The notes under the pieces: model-generated
What the model was told of the DNA's origin: nothing
Database searches by the model: none
What the model saw: the letters and a program-made list of their open reading frames with translations, nothing else
In this document: positions 1 through 13,436 of the stretch, piece after piece
Numbering within the stretch: the first letter of the stretch is position 1
Layout of the letters: each line of letters opens with the position of its first letter
Made by a program: the position numbers and the translations under genes
Assembly (NCBI GenBank): GCA_973895155.1
Contig: OZ316894.1
Location: forward strand, 12,626,828 to 12,690,827
Length of the DNA: 64,000 nt
Source: Marsupella aquatica
Taxonomy: Eukaryota > Plantae > Marchantiophyta
Direction: 5' to 3'

Positions 1-1782
1 TTTCATGTATGAAAGGGGCACTGCCTATTTGAAAAATTTCCCCAAAATCTGTTTATTCTGCTGATTTTGAAGATTCGAAATGCACAGGGAGTATGGACGG
101 TGCACAAGAGTATTCCATAGAATCCAATGGCAACACTGCAATCTTACACAAACTTTCCATCGGGACCTTGACGTGCCAGTCGCCAGTGGCAAGGTTCAGC
201 TTTATCGAGCTCGTTTGGAAAGGGTCCGTTTAACTAAATTAAAGCAATCGGTGGACACTCACTCAGCACAGTGTGCTATTCGCCATATCAGGACTATGAT
301 ATGGAATGATTATCTGACCGCACTTCGGCAAAACTCTGTCACCAGCTACATGTATGACCATTTGAAGACTTCTTAAAGTCACAAACAAGCCTATGTACAG
401 GGGAGTGAAACCTCCGCGGAAGCCACAAACAACACACTTTAATTAAGTGGGTGTGCACTTATCAAAGAAAACAACCCCAAAAATAAGATCTGTCTGCCCA
501 AGAGCGTGCACTAAGAGAAGGTTCACTGTACTATGGTTGTTTATTCATGGTGAACCTTCTACTAGGAACCATTGAAATTGATTTCCCTGTACCCAACCTA
601 CCGAAGCTGAAGTTCCACAACCTAGCCATGCCCGCCGGCTGCAAATTTGACAGATATCCTCCACTCAAAGCCACATGACTTTAGGCCATCTTGCATGTGA
701 TGGTCCCCCCAAAATTGGCCCTTTAAGTGTAATGATGACACCTTTTGACTGAATGAGACTTTCATGCCTCAAACCCCTCCTGAGGCAGTCTGGAAGGCTG
801 GAAGGCAGTCTGGAAGGCAGCATATTCAAGGTCAAGGGCCGGAAACATCCCAATCTCTGATTTGAGAATGAAACAATGACACAACCTTGTGGACAAGCAG
901 AATCTTTAATTTATTAGGGGAAGCTGGTACACGGATAGTCGTACTTTTCCCAGACCAAAACAGATGGGCCATTTTCAGCCTAAATGTAAGCTTCCAGGCT
1001 TGAGACAAATAGAGGGGCTGGTGTTGAGAAGCATGAGACCGAGCAGCCACAAGTTTAGACCATCTTGCAAGGTTGATCTAAACTTTGGCCACAAAAATAG
1101 TGTGCACATCAATACTCAAGGGGATTCCCCAATTGCCCATGCAAGCATTGGCAAAACTGAGCTGACACTGAGGCCAGAACTCTTTTAAAATCAAGAATAA
1201 GCAGTGGTGCAAACCAAACAGTTGGAATAAAATTTAGTCTTCTTAGAAAAGTCTAGAAAAGGAAGTTTGTACCACGTTGTTCCTGTAAAGCCCCCCTTAG
1301 ACAAGTTACCCATTCTCAAACCTTTTGCTGGGATAAAAATCTTATGCTTGCATGAGATTTATGGAAATACTATCCCAATCAGAAGCCAATCAGAAGCCCA
1401 ATGCGTGTGCATTGCACAATATTGTTGATAGTGGTCACATTGACCAGGCAATCGGTCGCAAAGCTAGAAGAGTTGGCGAATCAGCCTGAGAAATGAATTT
1501 CAAAGAGTGTGAAAGTTGCATGGAGAGTGACAAGTTGGGCATGGTAAAGGTGCACCATGGCATCTTTAGGCCCATCTTATGGTCAGAAACAACTTCACCA
1601 TATATCAATGACCAGGAAGGCTTCCAGCCAGCCTGACATTTACTAAACAAACCATGAGAAAAACAAAGGGATTGCATATTAGAGTGTTTGGACAGGAGTT
1701 TAAAGCAAGAGAAAAAGAGAGGGGTTGTAAGGATTGCATATCACAATGTTTACATGCACTAGAAAAAGGGAGGAGTTGCTAC

Positions 1783-1847
1783 TAGAATGTTAGACATGCA
1801 TTTAGACCATGAGGAATATTAGAATGTTTAGACATGCATTTAGACCA
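1783..1847 (+). repeat. Short tandem duplication
   Basis: TAGAATGTT(T)AGACATGCATTTAGACCA occurs twice. Confidence 0.8.
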
Positions 1848-2510
1848 CAAGGAAACGAGAGAAATTGCATGTCCTACTGTTTAGATATCTATTTTTTTAC
1901 ATACAGGGACATGTATTTGAAGCACCACTATCCATGACAATACCTGGATCCACCAAGTTTCACCATTTTAGTACCTTTTTCCTGAAATTGTGGAAATCTT
2001 ACCCTAGAAGAGAAGATTATGAAAAAGGGAGAAGTCTTGGACACTTCTACTTTTATATGGCCAGTGGTGGTTTAAGCTTTTGTGGAAAAAAGTACTAAAA
2101 TTTGGTGTAACCAGGTTTTGTGATGGCCAGTGGCTCTTTAATTAAGAACCTTTCTCATAAAGATCACTTTGGGATGGTATGTGGTTCAAAGGTTTGGACG
2201 GAGATCCCATACAAGTTTATAGTTCCTCTAAAAACCATCACAATGGATTCTTTCGTACCAACAAAAAGTTCCACTAGAATTGGCCAAGAGAAGCAAGACG
2301 GAAGTTCTCTCAGCGATGGTCCTCCCGAGCAAAATTATTGTCGTGGCAGCCACAATCGAGCAGAGTGCAGAAATGCATTTGGTTCTTTTGAGGCAAAAAA
2401 GGAAATGCATTCTGTAGTAACGCAAAGGCAGGACTCCTACGGCCTTAGAGCGACGAATTCGACAGTCCTCCCCTCCCTTCGTATGCAAGGGGCGGACAAG
2501 AATTGAAGAC

Positions 2511-5500
2511 ATGGCATCATGGTGGAGCGGGGATTCGTTGAACACTTTCACGAGAGCAGCACAGCGAATGAAAGTTACTCCGCAGGCGTCTACGCGTGCA
2601 GAGCGAAGCAGCGAAGTGAGCAGCGGCAGTGATCTGGAAAGAAGTTTGGGACTATGGGACCTAATATTGATGGGAATTGGAGCTTCCATTGGCGCTGGGA
2701 TCTTCGTAGTGACGGGCACGGTCGCTCACGATGCTGGCCCAGGTGAATTACAGAAATCACAATTGGATCATGATTTCGAGAGGAATCAGTAGAGTATCAA
2801 AATTCGGCTTGAGCCTTGGGCAGAGTAACGTTACTTCAATAAGTCAGACCGCGGTTTGGATTGATCAAGTGTCCATTCAAATTCCCCTGTGTCACATAAT
2901 TTAGTGTAGAATTTTGATTCCGATGACTCTCGGTATTGATTTAGCTGTCTGGAACTGTTCACGCAGGTGTGGTCTTGAGCTTTTTGTTGGCAGGAGCAGC
3001 GTGTGTACTCAATGCTCTCTGCTACGCGGAACTCTCTAATCGGTTTCCTGCCTCGGTTGGAGGCGCATACCTTTACACGTACTCCACATTCAATGAATTG
3101 GCGGCCTTCCTTGTCTTTGCCAATCTAATGTTTGACTATCACATCGGCGCAGCAAGCATTATTCGTAGCCTGGCGGGCTACCTTGTGACTCTCCTGCAGA
3201 CAGTCCCTGCAATTCCCACAATCCCAGTAATATTTGGACCAGGAGGACTAGACTTGTTCGGTGGCTGGCTTTCCATCAATGTGTTGGCCCCTGTACTGCT
3301 GGCTCTCCTCACGCTTGTACTTTGCCAAGGAGTTCGTGAGTCGTCAATTGTGAATGATGTTATGACCATCACCAAGGCAAGTCTCTTATTCAAATGTCCT
3401 TTCAATCTTGTTGGGTTTGGGGTGCTGACAGGTATTTTTCAGAGAAATCCCTCTGTGGGAAATTTCGTAGAATGGGACTGTTTTTTAGGCAGGTTCTCAC
3501 TCGGACAAGCTCATTGCGCAAATAGGTCTCGCAAGCCATTCCTTCACAGCCAGTTTTCATTAAACTTGATTTAAGCAGTGGTCAATTATGCTTTATACTT
3601 TCATTTCTATGACCTTAAATTCTGTCTACAAAATCGAGAGCCATAGACTTCCCTTTCTGTATCACCGAGATGTAATATTTCGTTTGTTTTTAGACCGGAA
3701 AGCTTGAATTCACGTAACGAGTGGTCCTTCATGCATCGGTCAGATCGTCATTGTGCTGCTCGTAGTTCTTGTTGGTGCGTTTGAAGTCGACGTTTCAAAT
3801 TGGAGCCCTTTTGCACCAAATGGTATCGCAGAAGTGGTTCGAGGGGCTACTGTCGTATTTTTTGCTTATGTTGGGTTTGATGCCGTGGCCAACTCTGCAG
3901 AGGAGAGCAAGAATCCCCAGGTACGCTTTGAACATATATTGAGGCAACTTCCTCTGCCCAAAGGAGTTTTTGACGTCTAGAATTGGGGTTCAACTTGAAG
4001 GAGAATGCCAGTCCTTGAAAATTTAGGTATTTCTGGAAGACGGTCAATTATAGCTGTACAGAGTTTAACACTGATTGCTCATGTCGCAGAAAGATTTGCC
4101 TCTGGCAATTATCTTGAGTCTCCTTGCTTGTGGAGTTCTTTATGTGGGTGTGTCTTTGGTGGTCACGGGTATGGTCCCCTACTATGAATTGGATGGTGCG
4201 GCTCCTTTGGCTGCTGCGTTTATCAGCAAAGGCATTACCTCCATCAGTATTCTAATTGGTGTTGGTGCAGTTGCGGGTCTTACAACAACTGTCCTAGTTG
4301 GACTATACGTCCAGGTACTACAGATTGCTTATCGTGTGTTTCTGTTGTACTCTGCATCCTTGTAATACTTTGGATAGTATTTCGGCAAAGACAATACTCC
4401 TAATTTAAGTTTGTCTAGCAGTAGGTGTTCAATGCAGCTTGGGTGCCATTGTACTAACCCACTTTAAGGATGAGGGCTCAGCCTATTCCATGAATCAATA
4501 TCTTTGTGGATGCCCTTTGATGTTGGTGCATGATTATCCGTACTGTTCAGTCAAGGTTGTACTTGGGTTTGGGACGAGATGGACTACTGCCACCAATATT
4601 TGCGAAAGTTCATCCACAGCACCGCACACCAGTTGCTGCACAAATCTGGGTGGGAGTTGTGGCAGGCATCTTAGCCTTGCTTATTGATGTCAGCCACCTC
4701 TCGCACATTCTCTCAGTGGGTTGCTTGGTAAGTGACGCTTGAAATGGAGGACCAATTGTGACTTTGTTGCGGCCGCTGGTTATTGTGAATCATAATATCT
4801 TGCAGAACCTCTGATCGTCTAACGTGAATTTCTTGGGTCTAATGGAATGCGGCATCGTTCGTTGGTATGATAGAAGAGATTTGTTTCACTTTGCTTCAAA
4901 TGAGTGATAGAGTGCTTGCAAGTTCTGGCAATTTCCTTGAATTAGCCGTGAGGGAAAGCCTTTGAGTTGATGAAATGTGAAGTTTTCAATCAATAACACC
5001 ACATATTATGATGGTCTGGGAGCAGACAGGCTACTCAGTTGTATGTGCATGTGTGGTAGTCTTGCGGGTTTCTCCGGAAGGCCATTTGGCCGCCAGTCAG
5101 GGCCCTCCTGCAGACGGCAGAAAATCTCAGGCGGCATTGAGGTCTATTATTGGCACAGCCGTGTTGGGTTTGGGACTAGGGTTGAGCTATCGGCTCAGCG
5201 CCCATCCAGCATTCACCATCTTTCTGATTGTGGTGGAGATTGCGGTAGTGGCGCCCATGTACATTCGTCAGGTATGCTGGTTCCCACGAAAGTTCATTAT
5301 GTTGAAAATGAAACTGTAAGGTACACCCGAAGACCGCAGTTCAACGTACTTTTCTACGCCGGTTGAATAGTTGATTTGCTGGTATAGAGTGCACTGTACT
5401 TTGTGCTTAAATTTTGTTTATAGCAAGATTCATCTGTTAACTGTCACAATGTCTTATGCGAGTTCTGGTGTTGGCGTTTCATTAAGGTTTGCATCCGTTT

Positions 5501-7076
5501 TACAAGTGATAGAGAAAGGAGTTAGATTGCCATCAGCCAGCTTCTGTAGGTCGTGTTTCATACTCGGCTTTTGCTAACGATTAGGATGGGCTGCAGTGAC
5601 GTTATGTTTGAAAGGGTTTCTGCTTCAGGGTTTTTCTTTTATTGACCGAGGAGGCTGCTGTTGCGTTGCAGGAATACTTCAAACCCTCTGGGTTTGCTTG
5701 TCCAGCTGTTCCCACTATACCATTACTAGGCATTTTACTCAACATGTTTCTATTTGCCCAGGTTAGTGATTTCACCCGTCTTTTTATCATGAGCTAGATC
5801 TCAATCTGGCAACTTTTTTTAGTGAGACTTTTTTTATAGTGGGTTGGATATCAAGTTGTAGGGGAAAAAATCATTAAAAACAGATATTGTGAGAAGGTTC
5901 CAGCATTTCATCACTCTTGAATCTGCAGTATGTCTCTCGGCCCCAAATTTGATAGAAATCTAATAGATTGTGAACATTTTTTACTTGTCCTGGTCTTGTT
6001 GGACTTTTTTTAGCGAGATATATAAATTATTACCTGTAGTACTTAGATAAGAAACAGGTTGGTCGATACATTACATATCTACTGGACAGGCGAGACCTGG
6101 ATCTGCTGTCTACGACCCTCCTGTGCTGCTTCTCTATTTGTATACACCTGTGACTTGTTACTCCTGGGAGTCGTTATACAATTCTGGTCCCATGATCCAA
6201 TCGGGTCGTTGTGGACTCTTAAATTTATTTCTTCATTTTTTCTAACAAAACTTGCTAAGTAGAAAAGTTGCATAAATCTTCACGGACTCGCGAGTCTCCT
6301 GAGCCAGACACTAGTCAAACGTTTGAACTTCACTTGATTGTCTCTAGTTCTTCACGTTCCCTCAAACGTGCAGAAATCGAAGGACCCTTGATCTCTTCCA
6401 AACATGGCCCTATTTGTTCGATTATTGATGTTGTTTCATTGATTGATGGTAAAAGCTTTCCCAACTGATCAAGATATACTGATCTTCCCAACATTCTGAA
6501 ATCGTTTAGTTTTTCCCTTCAATTCCAATTTGAACTGGCAAATAGATTTCAAAAGAAGTTCAGTTTGTAAGACGTGGGATGTTTAGACTTTAGTCTTTGG
6601 GGTTATGAGTATGTAATGCCTGGTTCTGTTAGAAACTGTCATCAATTCTACGATGGGATTAGAACTCTCGCGGCGTTACTGTAACTCATCGTGAGAAGAT
6701 CAATTTTCTAAACCTTGTTCTGTAGAGTTGTTCCCTTGTACGTACGATCTCTCCCGTGTCGATTGTTCAGCTTTGTGGACTTTGAAAGGAATTCAATTTT
6801 ATCTTGTTTGTTTAAGTATTTCGCGGTGACTGTAGAACCTTCATGTGTTTCTTATCTCAAATTTTACTGAACCTTTGTTGGTGTATGATGCAGTTACACT
6901 ACGAGGCATGGATTAGATTTGTGGTTGTGACTGGCTTAGCTGTCTTGTTATATGCCACATATGGACACCATAACGTCAACTCGGAGACTGTGGTTGAGAA
7001 AGGATCATCCCCATATCAGAAAGCACCGACTGTTGATGTTGATACTCCCGGTGGTTTGGAAACAGAGGCTTTTTAG
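2511..7076 (+). CDS. CAT9: Cationic amino acid transporter (APC superfamily, CAT9-like), 8 exons
   Basis: Exons inferred from splice sites and frame continuity: 2511-2742, 2967-3376, 3744-3920, 4090-4314, 4551-4727, 5026-5271, 5672-5761, 6894-7076. Motifs include LGLWDLILMGIGASIGAGIFVVTG, ALCYAEL, GGAYLY, FFAYVGFDAVANSAEESKNPQ, SRLYLGLGRDGLLP and the C-terminal FACPAVPTIP...FAQLHYEAW. Intron 2 is GC-AG. The CAT9 subtype is from recalled similarity. Confidence 0.93.
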
Positions 7077-8836
7077 TATTTCCACCATGAAGCCTTCCTG
7101 GAATCTGTAAAATTTAGTTTGATCTGGATGAAGTTGGTAGGCGTTTCTGCGGGGAAGATGCAGAAACGAATCATTCTTGAAAGTTATTGGTCATCCCGCC
7201 ACATTATCAGCACATATTCACTCACGGCTAGCAGTCATCTGTGATTTACACTCATACATGATTAAAGGTTCTTGAACTACTCACCAGGAAGCTCATGTCC
7301 CATAACAGGCGAATGTGTTACTATTGTTGGGGTGAAGCCTTGAACATGAGGTTAGGCCAATTTTGTGTGGTACATTTCAGCTTTCGAGATTTTTTTATTT
7401 TCGGTTATGCATGACCTCTTTATGGTTAAACTAGTGAATGTTACACGAGAAGCACAAGCTATTACCTGTCGAGGTAAGATTGTTACTTGCTTTTCTTTTT
7501 AAACTCATTCATCTTCTTCCCGCTCTATCCATCTCATTTGATTAACAAGATCAGCTTCAGTAGTTGGCCTCTGTAGTAATCTGCAAAACAAGTTTACAGT
7601 AAGCTTCTCAATGTGACTGTACACTCAAAGGTTGGGTTGCATCTTGGCGGGAACTATCTACAACTATAGTAAGGGATCCCGCATTTTTTAGTCCTTTGTC
7701 TGGACACAAAAAAGCTCCTGGGTGCCACAGCAGTTGGATTCGTTTGGCTGTTTTCCCTGACCGTTGATAGAAGAAATGGCACCCCTAGAGAGTATGTGCT
7801 TGCCTGTGAATGCCCAGGCCCGACTCCCTATGGGCTGGCCCTCCTCGCGTCGTGCAAGGCATGGGCACAGGGCTTGTGTTGTATATTACAGCAACATGGG
7901 CAATAATAGTAAAATTCGATTACATAGAGATGGATGCTGCATTGGCTGCTAATATTTTTCCAAAGATTTTCAAACCGATATAATTATGATGTCCTGAGGT
8001 TTGTGAAGTCAAGTGATTGTGCAAATGTAGATGTCGTGCTGCTATCCATGTCTTCCAGAATCTGTGGCACGATACAGCAATGCATTCCAAATTTGTTAGG
8101 GAAATTACATGTCTAAAAAAGACAAATGTTGCATTGGTTGCTGTGCATTCGTTTTCAAAGAAAGACACCACTAGTGTGCAGCCACAAACTGGCTGGATCA
8201 CTCGGGCGCAGAAAGACCCATAACTTTATATGAGAAACAGCGGCCTAATTAGTACAATAAGGCGCCCAACAGGGGCAGTGGGGTTATACCCATGAGCTAG
8301 ACCTGGTAGTGTGAGGGAACATTACTCTCTAGTACAGTATTTGTATACCCATCAATCTTACTTATAATGCAGCAATCACATGCTAGAGTTGGGGCCTAGG
8401 CTTTCTAGAGTGAAACCTCTAGACAGTAACTCCATGACTCACCATGTGGATGTAAAAATTCATGACTATGATTAATGTCAAATAATAATCATGCATGCTT
8501 TTAGTAACGATTTTGATTATTCAAAAATGGGCTCTAGGGCCCCACCAATATATGTGCGTAGAAAGAGGGATGTGCATAAAAAGGAATATGATATAAGTAT
8601 GATTATTAAAATGATAACATACATGATGGTTTTATAATTTTATTAACCTTCAAAAAATGTAATTAAATAGGGAATATACTTTGTTGACACTGTTATTGTA
8701 CTCTCCCCTACTCATGTTCAAAGAACAAATAGTCGGGGGTAGTCCTTGTAAAAATTGTAATCTTATTCGCTCCAACGTTCTGACAACACCTCTGTATTCC
8801 ACTAACCCTGGAGCCTTACCCTAAGGCCACCTACCG

Positions 8837-9000
8837 GATCTCATCCTTTGGAACGCGTGCCAATGTTGGGTAGAGGACAAGGGGGTTTACAAGAAGTGGA
8901 GGCACTTGTGACTTTTGCTTGATCTCGTCCTTCCAAACGTGTGCCTGTGTGGGGTAGAGGAAGAGGGGGTTTATAAGAAGTGGAAGCGCTTGTGACTTTG
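8837..9000 (+). repeat. Tandem duplication, ~84-bp unit x2
   Basis: GATCTC.TCCTT...GGGTAGAGGA...GGGGGTTTA.AAGAAGTGGA.GC.CTTGTGACTTT occurs twice. Confidence 0.85.
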
Positions 9001-9209
9001 TTTCACCAAAGCAAGAAATTGGAGGGCCACTTCATTTTCTAATGAGTGGCTCTCTCTTGTCCAACTTCTTTTAAATGAAGTAAATCCCTTGAACTAAAAA
9101 TCTTGTGAAATGAAGTTCAATAAAAATGTCCCTTGAATGAAGGAGTTGAATGTTTGGACCATCCGGAGGTGATCTAAGATTCTAGACAAAATTCTGCTGC
9201 ACATCAGTA

Positions 9210-9550
9210 TTTTTGTGGGCCCATTGCTTGCATAGGATTGACAGACTAATACTTGAATGGGCCCAGGAGTTTTTGCAAAGCCAACTGCAATGGTTCCTAC
9301 TAATTATATGGTCTACATTTAATCTAAGAGGGAATGAAAGGTAGACATCACACTTAAATGGGCCCAGGAGTTCTTGTAAATCCAAATGCAACAGTTCCCA
9401 TTCATTGAACGATGTCTACCTTTCATTCCCTCTGACATCGCACTTTTATGGGCCCCAAGAGTTCTTGCAAAGCCGACTGCAGCTCTTCCCACTCATTATA
9501 TGGTCCAAATATGACCTCAAAGGGAGTAGAAAGAACCAATGGGCCCTAGT
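9210..9550 (+). repeat. Degenerate tandem repeat (~90-100 bp unit, about 3 copies)
   Basis: ATGGGCCC(A)GGAGTT.TTG.AAA.CC...TGCA recurs at ~9258, ~9358 and ~9448. Confidence 0.65.
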
Positions 9551-12455
9551 GTCTTGGACAGGCACCTTTGTTTAGATGCTGAAACTATGACACCAAAACA
9601 GTTGTCAGCTAAACTATTGCAATGGACACCATCGCGACAGTAACAGGCCTGAAGTAAATTTGTGGGCAAGAAAGTCAGTGATTTCATGCACATGCTCCCA
9701 TAGAAGCCAAGAGAAGAAGCTGGATGCAATATCTAAGAATCTGAGCTTGAACTGGAAATGAAGACACTAATGGAGCATCAAAAACCAAGTCCTCCTCCTG
9801 AGCTGGCACACAGCATTCCTCAAGCTCCAAGCAATTGAAAAGCACATCATTTTGCTCCCTCCACTACAACAGATGGAAAGCCTTTAGGTGAGCAGGAGAA
9901 CCTGGAGATCGGGCCTTGAGGCTGAAGTAACAGATCCGCTTAGTGCAGTCAAATTTTGAGAAGAATTTTGAAATCGGAAACATAACCTTGGTTGCAATTC
10001 ATTGGAGGTCAAAGGTCCACAAACTCATTTACAATACGTTAGTTCAAGAGACAATTTACTAGCCTCAGTACCCAAGCTTTGCTCATGCCAGCCATTGCCT
10101 TCCCCACCTGTTGTGCCTCACCCCAAAACTTGCCACCACCGTGAGTCATGGTCCAGAGGGTTTCACTCGGACCACACTTTACATGGTAGGTTTTGATCAC
10201 GAATTATTAGTTAGATTCAACAAAATTATGCAATCTATGACAGGTTGTCTAGAGTCTCCCAATCTTCCAAAGTTGCCAGGGGAACCTCCATTTTCACTGA
10301 GTATTGCAGCTGCTAAAGTGGTGGGCATGGATTGACAATCCTAATTGAGTGAGAGAAGTGAAGTCAAGTGGTGGAACCTCAAATCGGGTCTCAAATCTTG
10401 AAATGACAGGCCTGGGGAAGACCGTAGTCAAGAATACTATAGGAGAGAATATACTGCATACGACCAAAGGTAACCCTCTTTATTCAAAGACCAAGTAGGC
10501 TGACGTATAGATTTGAAAATAGTTTTCCACTGTTTGAAATAGCATGGTTGTGGCTTATCCACTTGCGTAGCTGTCATTAATAAACTGGCTTCCACCACTA
10601 AAAACAAGGGAGAGTAGGTTCCATTGGAGATTTTTTTAATTCATTTTCAACGGGAGAAGTCAAGGCCAATGCTTTCTAACACTTGGAAAGGTACAGATAG
10701 AGACCAAGGCAAAGTCTATCCTGTTGAAAGAAATAAAAATGCACCTGAAGCAAATATCCTGAACTGTAGCAAGGAAGAAAAATCAGAATGAATTGGTACA
10801 AGAAACCAAACTTACATTAAGAAAATTAGTTCGAAGACTCCTTGGTTATTTAAGTTTGATGTTATTCAACAACTAAGTTAGAGCACATGAAGAGTTGAGT
10901 ATTGGAATAGCTTTGAAGATGGAGATGAGGGGAAAAAAAGAGTAGATTTTTCATGGTAGTAGTCCATGCACAACGTTCCCTTGGAACTCCTATATTCATA
11001 GAGGCCATGCAAAATGTGTTATAGAAGCCGAAGGAATTCTTACATTCCTTTGGTATTATTTTATACATAGTAGTTGAAGGGTTTCTTATGTTCTTTGACA
11101 TTCTTTTGCCCATAGTAGCCGAATGGGTTAGTATTTGAAGAGTTTCTTTCTACCGATGGTTATTCCATAAATTGCTAATGAAATAGAAAACTCATACAAT
11201 CTACTGAAAAATACTGATATATCAATCACAATCCATCCAAACATTATTTTCTTTTCACCCCTTTCTTTGTTTATTTGAAAAGTTACTTTTCAGTTTTCCA
11301 TTGGTTACAGTTACAAGGTCTAACTATTTTTTGCACTTGTCTCAAACATACATAGTCTTGTTTGGTACTTTTTGTATAACAAACTCTTCTTGTTGTGACC
11401 AATAGTGTTGATGTGGCAGCACATGCTTCCAGGGATAATGGAAGGAGCTTCCCATGGGGGTTGGTAAAAGTGTGCCTCGCATAGCCTCTGAAAATCACAA
11501 GCTGTCATCCTACACTAATGATAAGTAACTTCAATGCATTCAACATGTTTTATATTGGAACAATAGGGTGTCTCAATGCTTCATTGGTAAGGGTGATGGC
11601 TGGCCACAAAGAAATGGCTATAACATTTCGCAGAAGGGTTGGATAAAAGTTAAGTTCAGTGTTTCCTTACTATCCTCTACATTGACTTAGTCATAGCCTA
11701 TGATCATGCATCATTTACAGAAAAGAATTATGGACTATGAATTTGGGAGTCCATTAATTTGGGGTCCATTACTTCTTCTGTCTGTAATCTTAACCTAGTA
11801 CTGTGGTTAAGGTACATCATGTAAGTTTGGAGGTTTGAGATCCCCTGATCAGGGAACTGTGAAGACCTGGCTTGATGGAATGTTTTTTTAATAGAGAACA
11901 AGCACTGAAATCTGTGCTGACCCACAAAATGGAGCTTCTACTTACCCAGCCTCCCATGCCCATCTCCTACTCACAAAAATTTAAATATCGCAAATTTCTG
12001 TTAATTCTGAAACTATTGTTGATAGTATCACTCCCATGGAGTAGGTCATGAACAAGTGGACTTTGATCCCTGAGTACACAACAGTACAGCGCAATGCACA
12101 GTGCCTTGCATAGCAGTGTCGATAGAAAGTGACATTGAGTGGAAGTGTTATCAATCATAAGTGAGATGGCCAGACATTGGGACACTCCAGGGAGTTGGCT
12201 TGGCAAGGCAAAAGGAATTCAAGGAGTACGTGTGCAAGTTGTGAGGAGAGTAAATGATGAACTTGGAAAAAGTATATAGTGCCTATCTCAGGTACCTTTC
12301 AATATAAAGGAAAATGTCACCATAATCTAACCTCCAGGGAGGCTAAAGACAATTTTTAAAAAGACATCAAGAAATAAATAACAGAATACCATATTATAAT
12401 ATTTTAGATAGATATATAAATTTTCCTAACACCTAGGTTCATGAGCTTCCCGGGA

Positions 12456-12850
12456 GGGTTCAGGCTAGAACCCTTCCCAGACCTCCTTTCTAGGATATAA
12501 CTATTGTACAAAAAAGTTTACTTGTAGGCAATAGATAATGGGAATAACAAGTACCTTTGGAAAAAGGTTGCACACAGGGAACTGGTCACACACAGATTCA
12601 CAGATTGCCTGCATTCCATACAGAAATTACAAATTATGTGACTTTTAGGTGGAGTGGGTCCCAACTTGTCTCCTGGCAAATCATTCTAGCACCTTTGGGT
12701 GAAGTTCCTTGTTATTAAGGGCCATAAAGTGATTAGCTTTGGTAAAAAACGAGTAAAAAGCTTCCCCGAAGGTCTTGTAAAGCCGCCCTTACCGCAGTCC
12801 AGTGTGCTTGAGGACTGGCGCCGCAGCATGGAAAGGATTTGCTCCTGCAC
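12456..12850 (+). repeat. Dispersed repeat copy 1 (~400 bp, uninterrupted)
   Basis: Aligns by eye with 19711-19780 plus 20327-20650. Shared blocks include CTAGAACCCT, ATTACAAATTATGTGACTTT, CTTCCCCGAAGGTCTTGTAAAGCC and GGACTGGCGCCGCAGCA. A partial third copy lies near 39290-39375. Confidence 0.85.
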
Positions 12851-12898
12851 ACCTAAATAATGAAGGGTTGTACCAGAACCCGTCGGTCATAATCAGCC

Positions 12899-12938
12899 GA
12901 CCGTTCGAACGGGTTTGTAGCTTCCGCTAGCCGTTCGA
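12899..12938. promoter_or_regulatory. Cluster of three MSA-like (AACGG core, MYB3R-binding) elements upstream of cyclin B
   Basis: CCGTT at 12901-12905, AACGG at 12908-12912 and CCGTT at 12931-12935, all in TCGAACGG context, ~500 bp upstream of the CYCB ATG. MSA elements are the established G2/M cis-elements of plant B-type cyclins. Confidence 0.7.
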
Positions 12939-13436
12939 GACACACGAAGCCGAGGCAGTGGGGAACTTCTTACATTAGTCCCTGCCCGCAGAGCAGGCAA
13001 ACTCCGCTCCAGGTCAGAGGGAGATTTTGGTGAATGATCTCAGTCGACCACAATCAAGTATCACGATCCTATCAACGCGAGTAGAGTACAGTCGGGATCG
13101 GTTCAGTGTGGAGTATTCGGGGCCAGGAAGAAGGTACACACATATGCAGGATTGGGATCATTGTAGAAAGGCGAATTAGAGAGAATTGTAGCGTAGAATG
13201 TGAGATATCAGTCGATCCCAAGTGAGTCCTGTCACTGCGACTACGATTGCTGTCTTCGTGTGGGAAATCTGTGGCCCAGGAACTTCACATGAAGGATTCT
13301 GAAATAGTTTAGAGCGGCGAATTAGAGAGAATTGTAGTGAGAGGAGGCGCACTCGAGCGTTCCTCGCAGCCCAGGAATAATAGGAGTGGACAAGGAAAGA
13401 GGGCGCTGCAAGCGTGCTCGGGAGGAGTCAAGCACA

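Noticed and set aside
1330-1440. Possible SWIM zinc-finger (C...CKH) remnant of a MULE transposase on the minus strand
   Set aside because: It needs multiple frameshifts and is too degraded to support by eye.
9210-9550. CRISPR-like repeat-spacer pattern
   Set aside because: The context is eukaryotic, the units are degenerate with similar intervening sequence, and there are no cas genes.
9750-11900. Possible degraded LINE or transposase fragments
   Set aside because: No diagnostic motif could be read.
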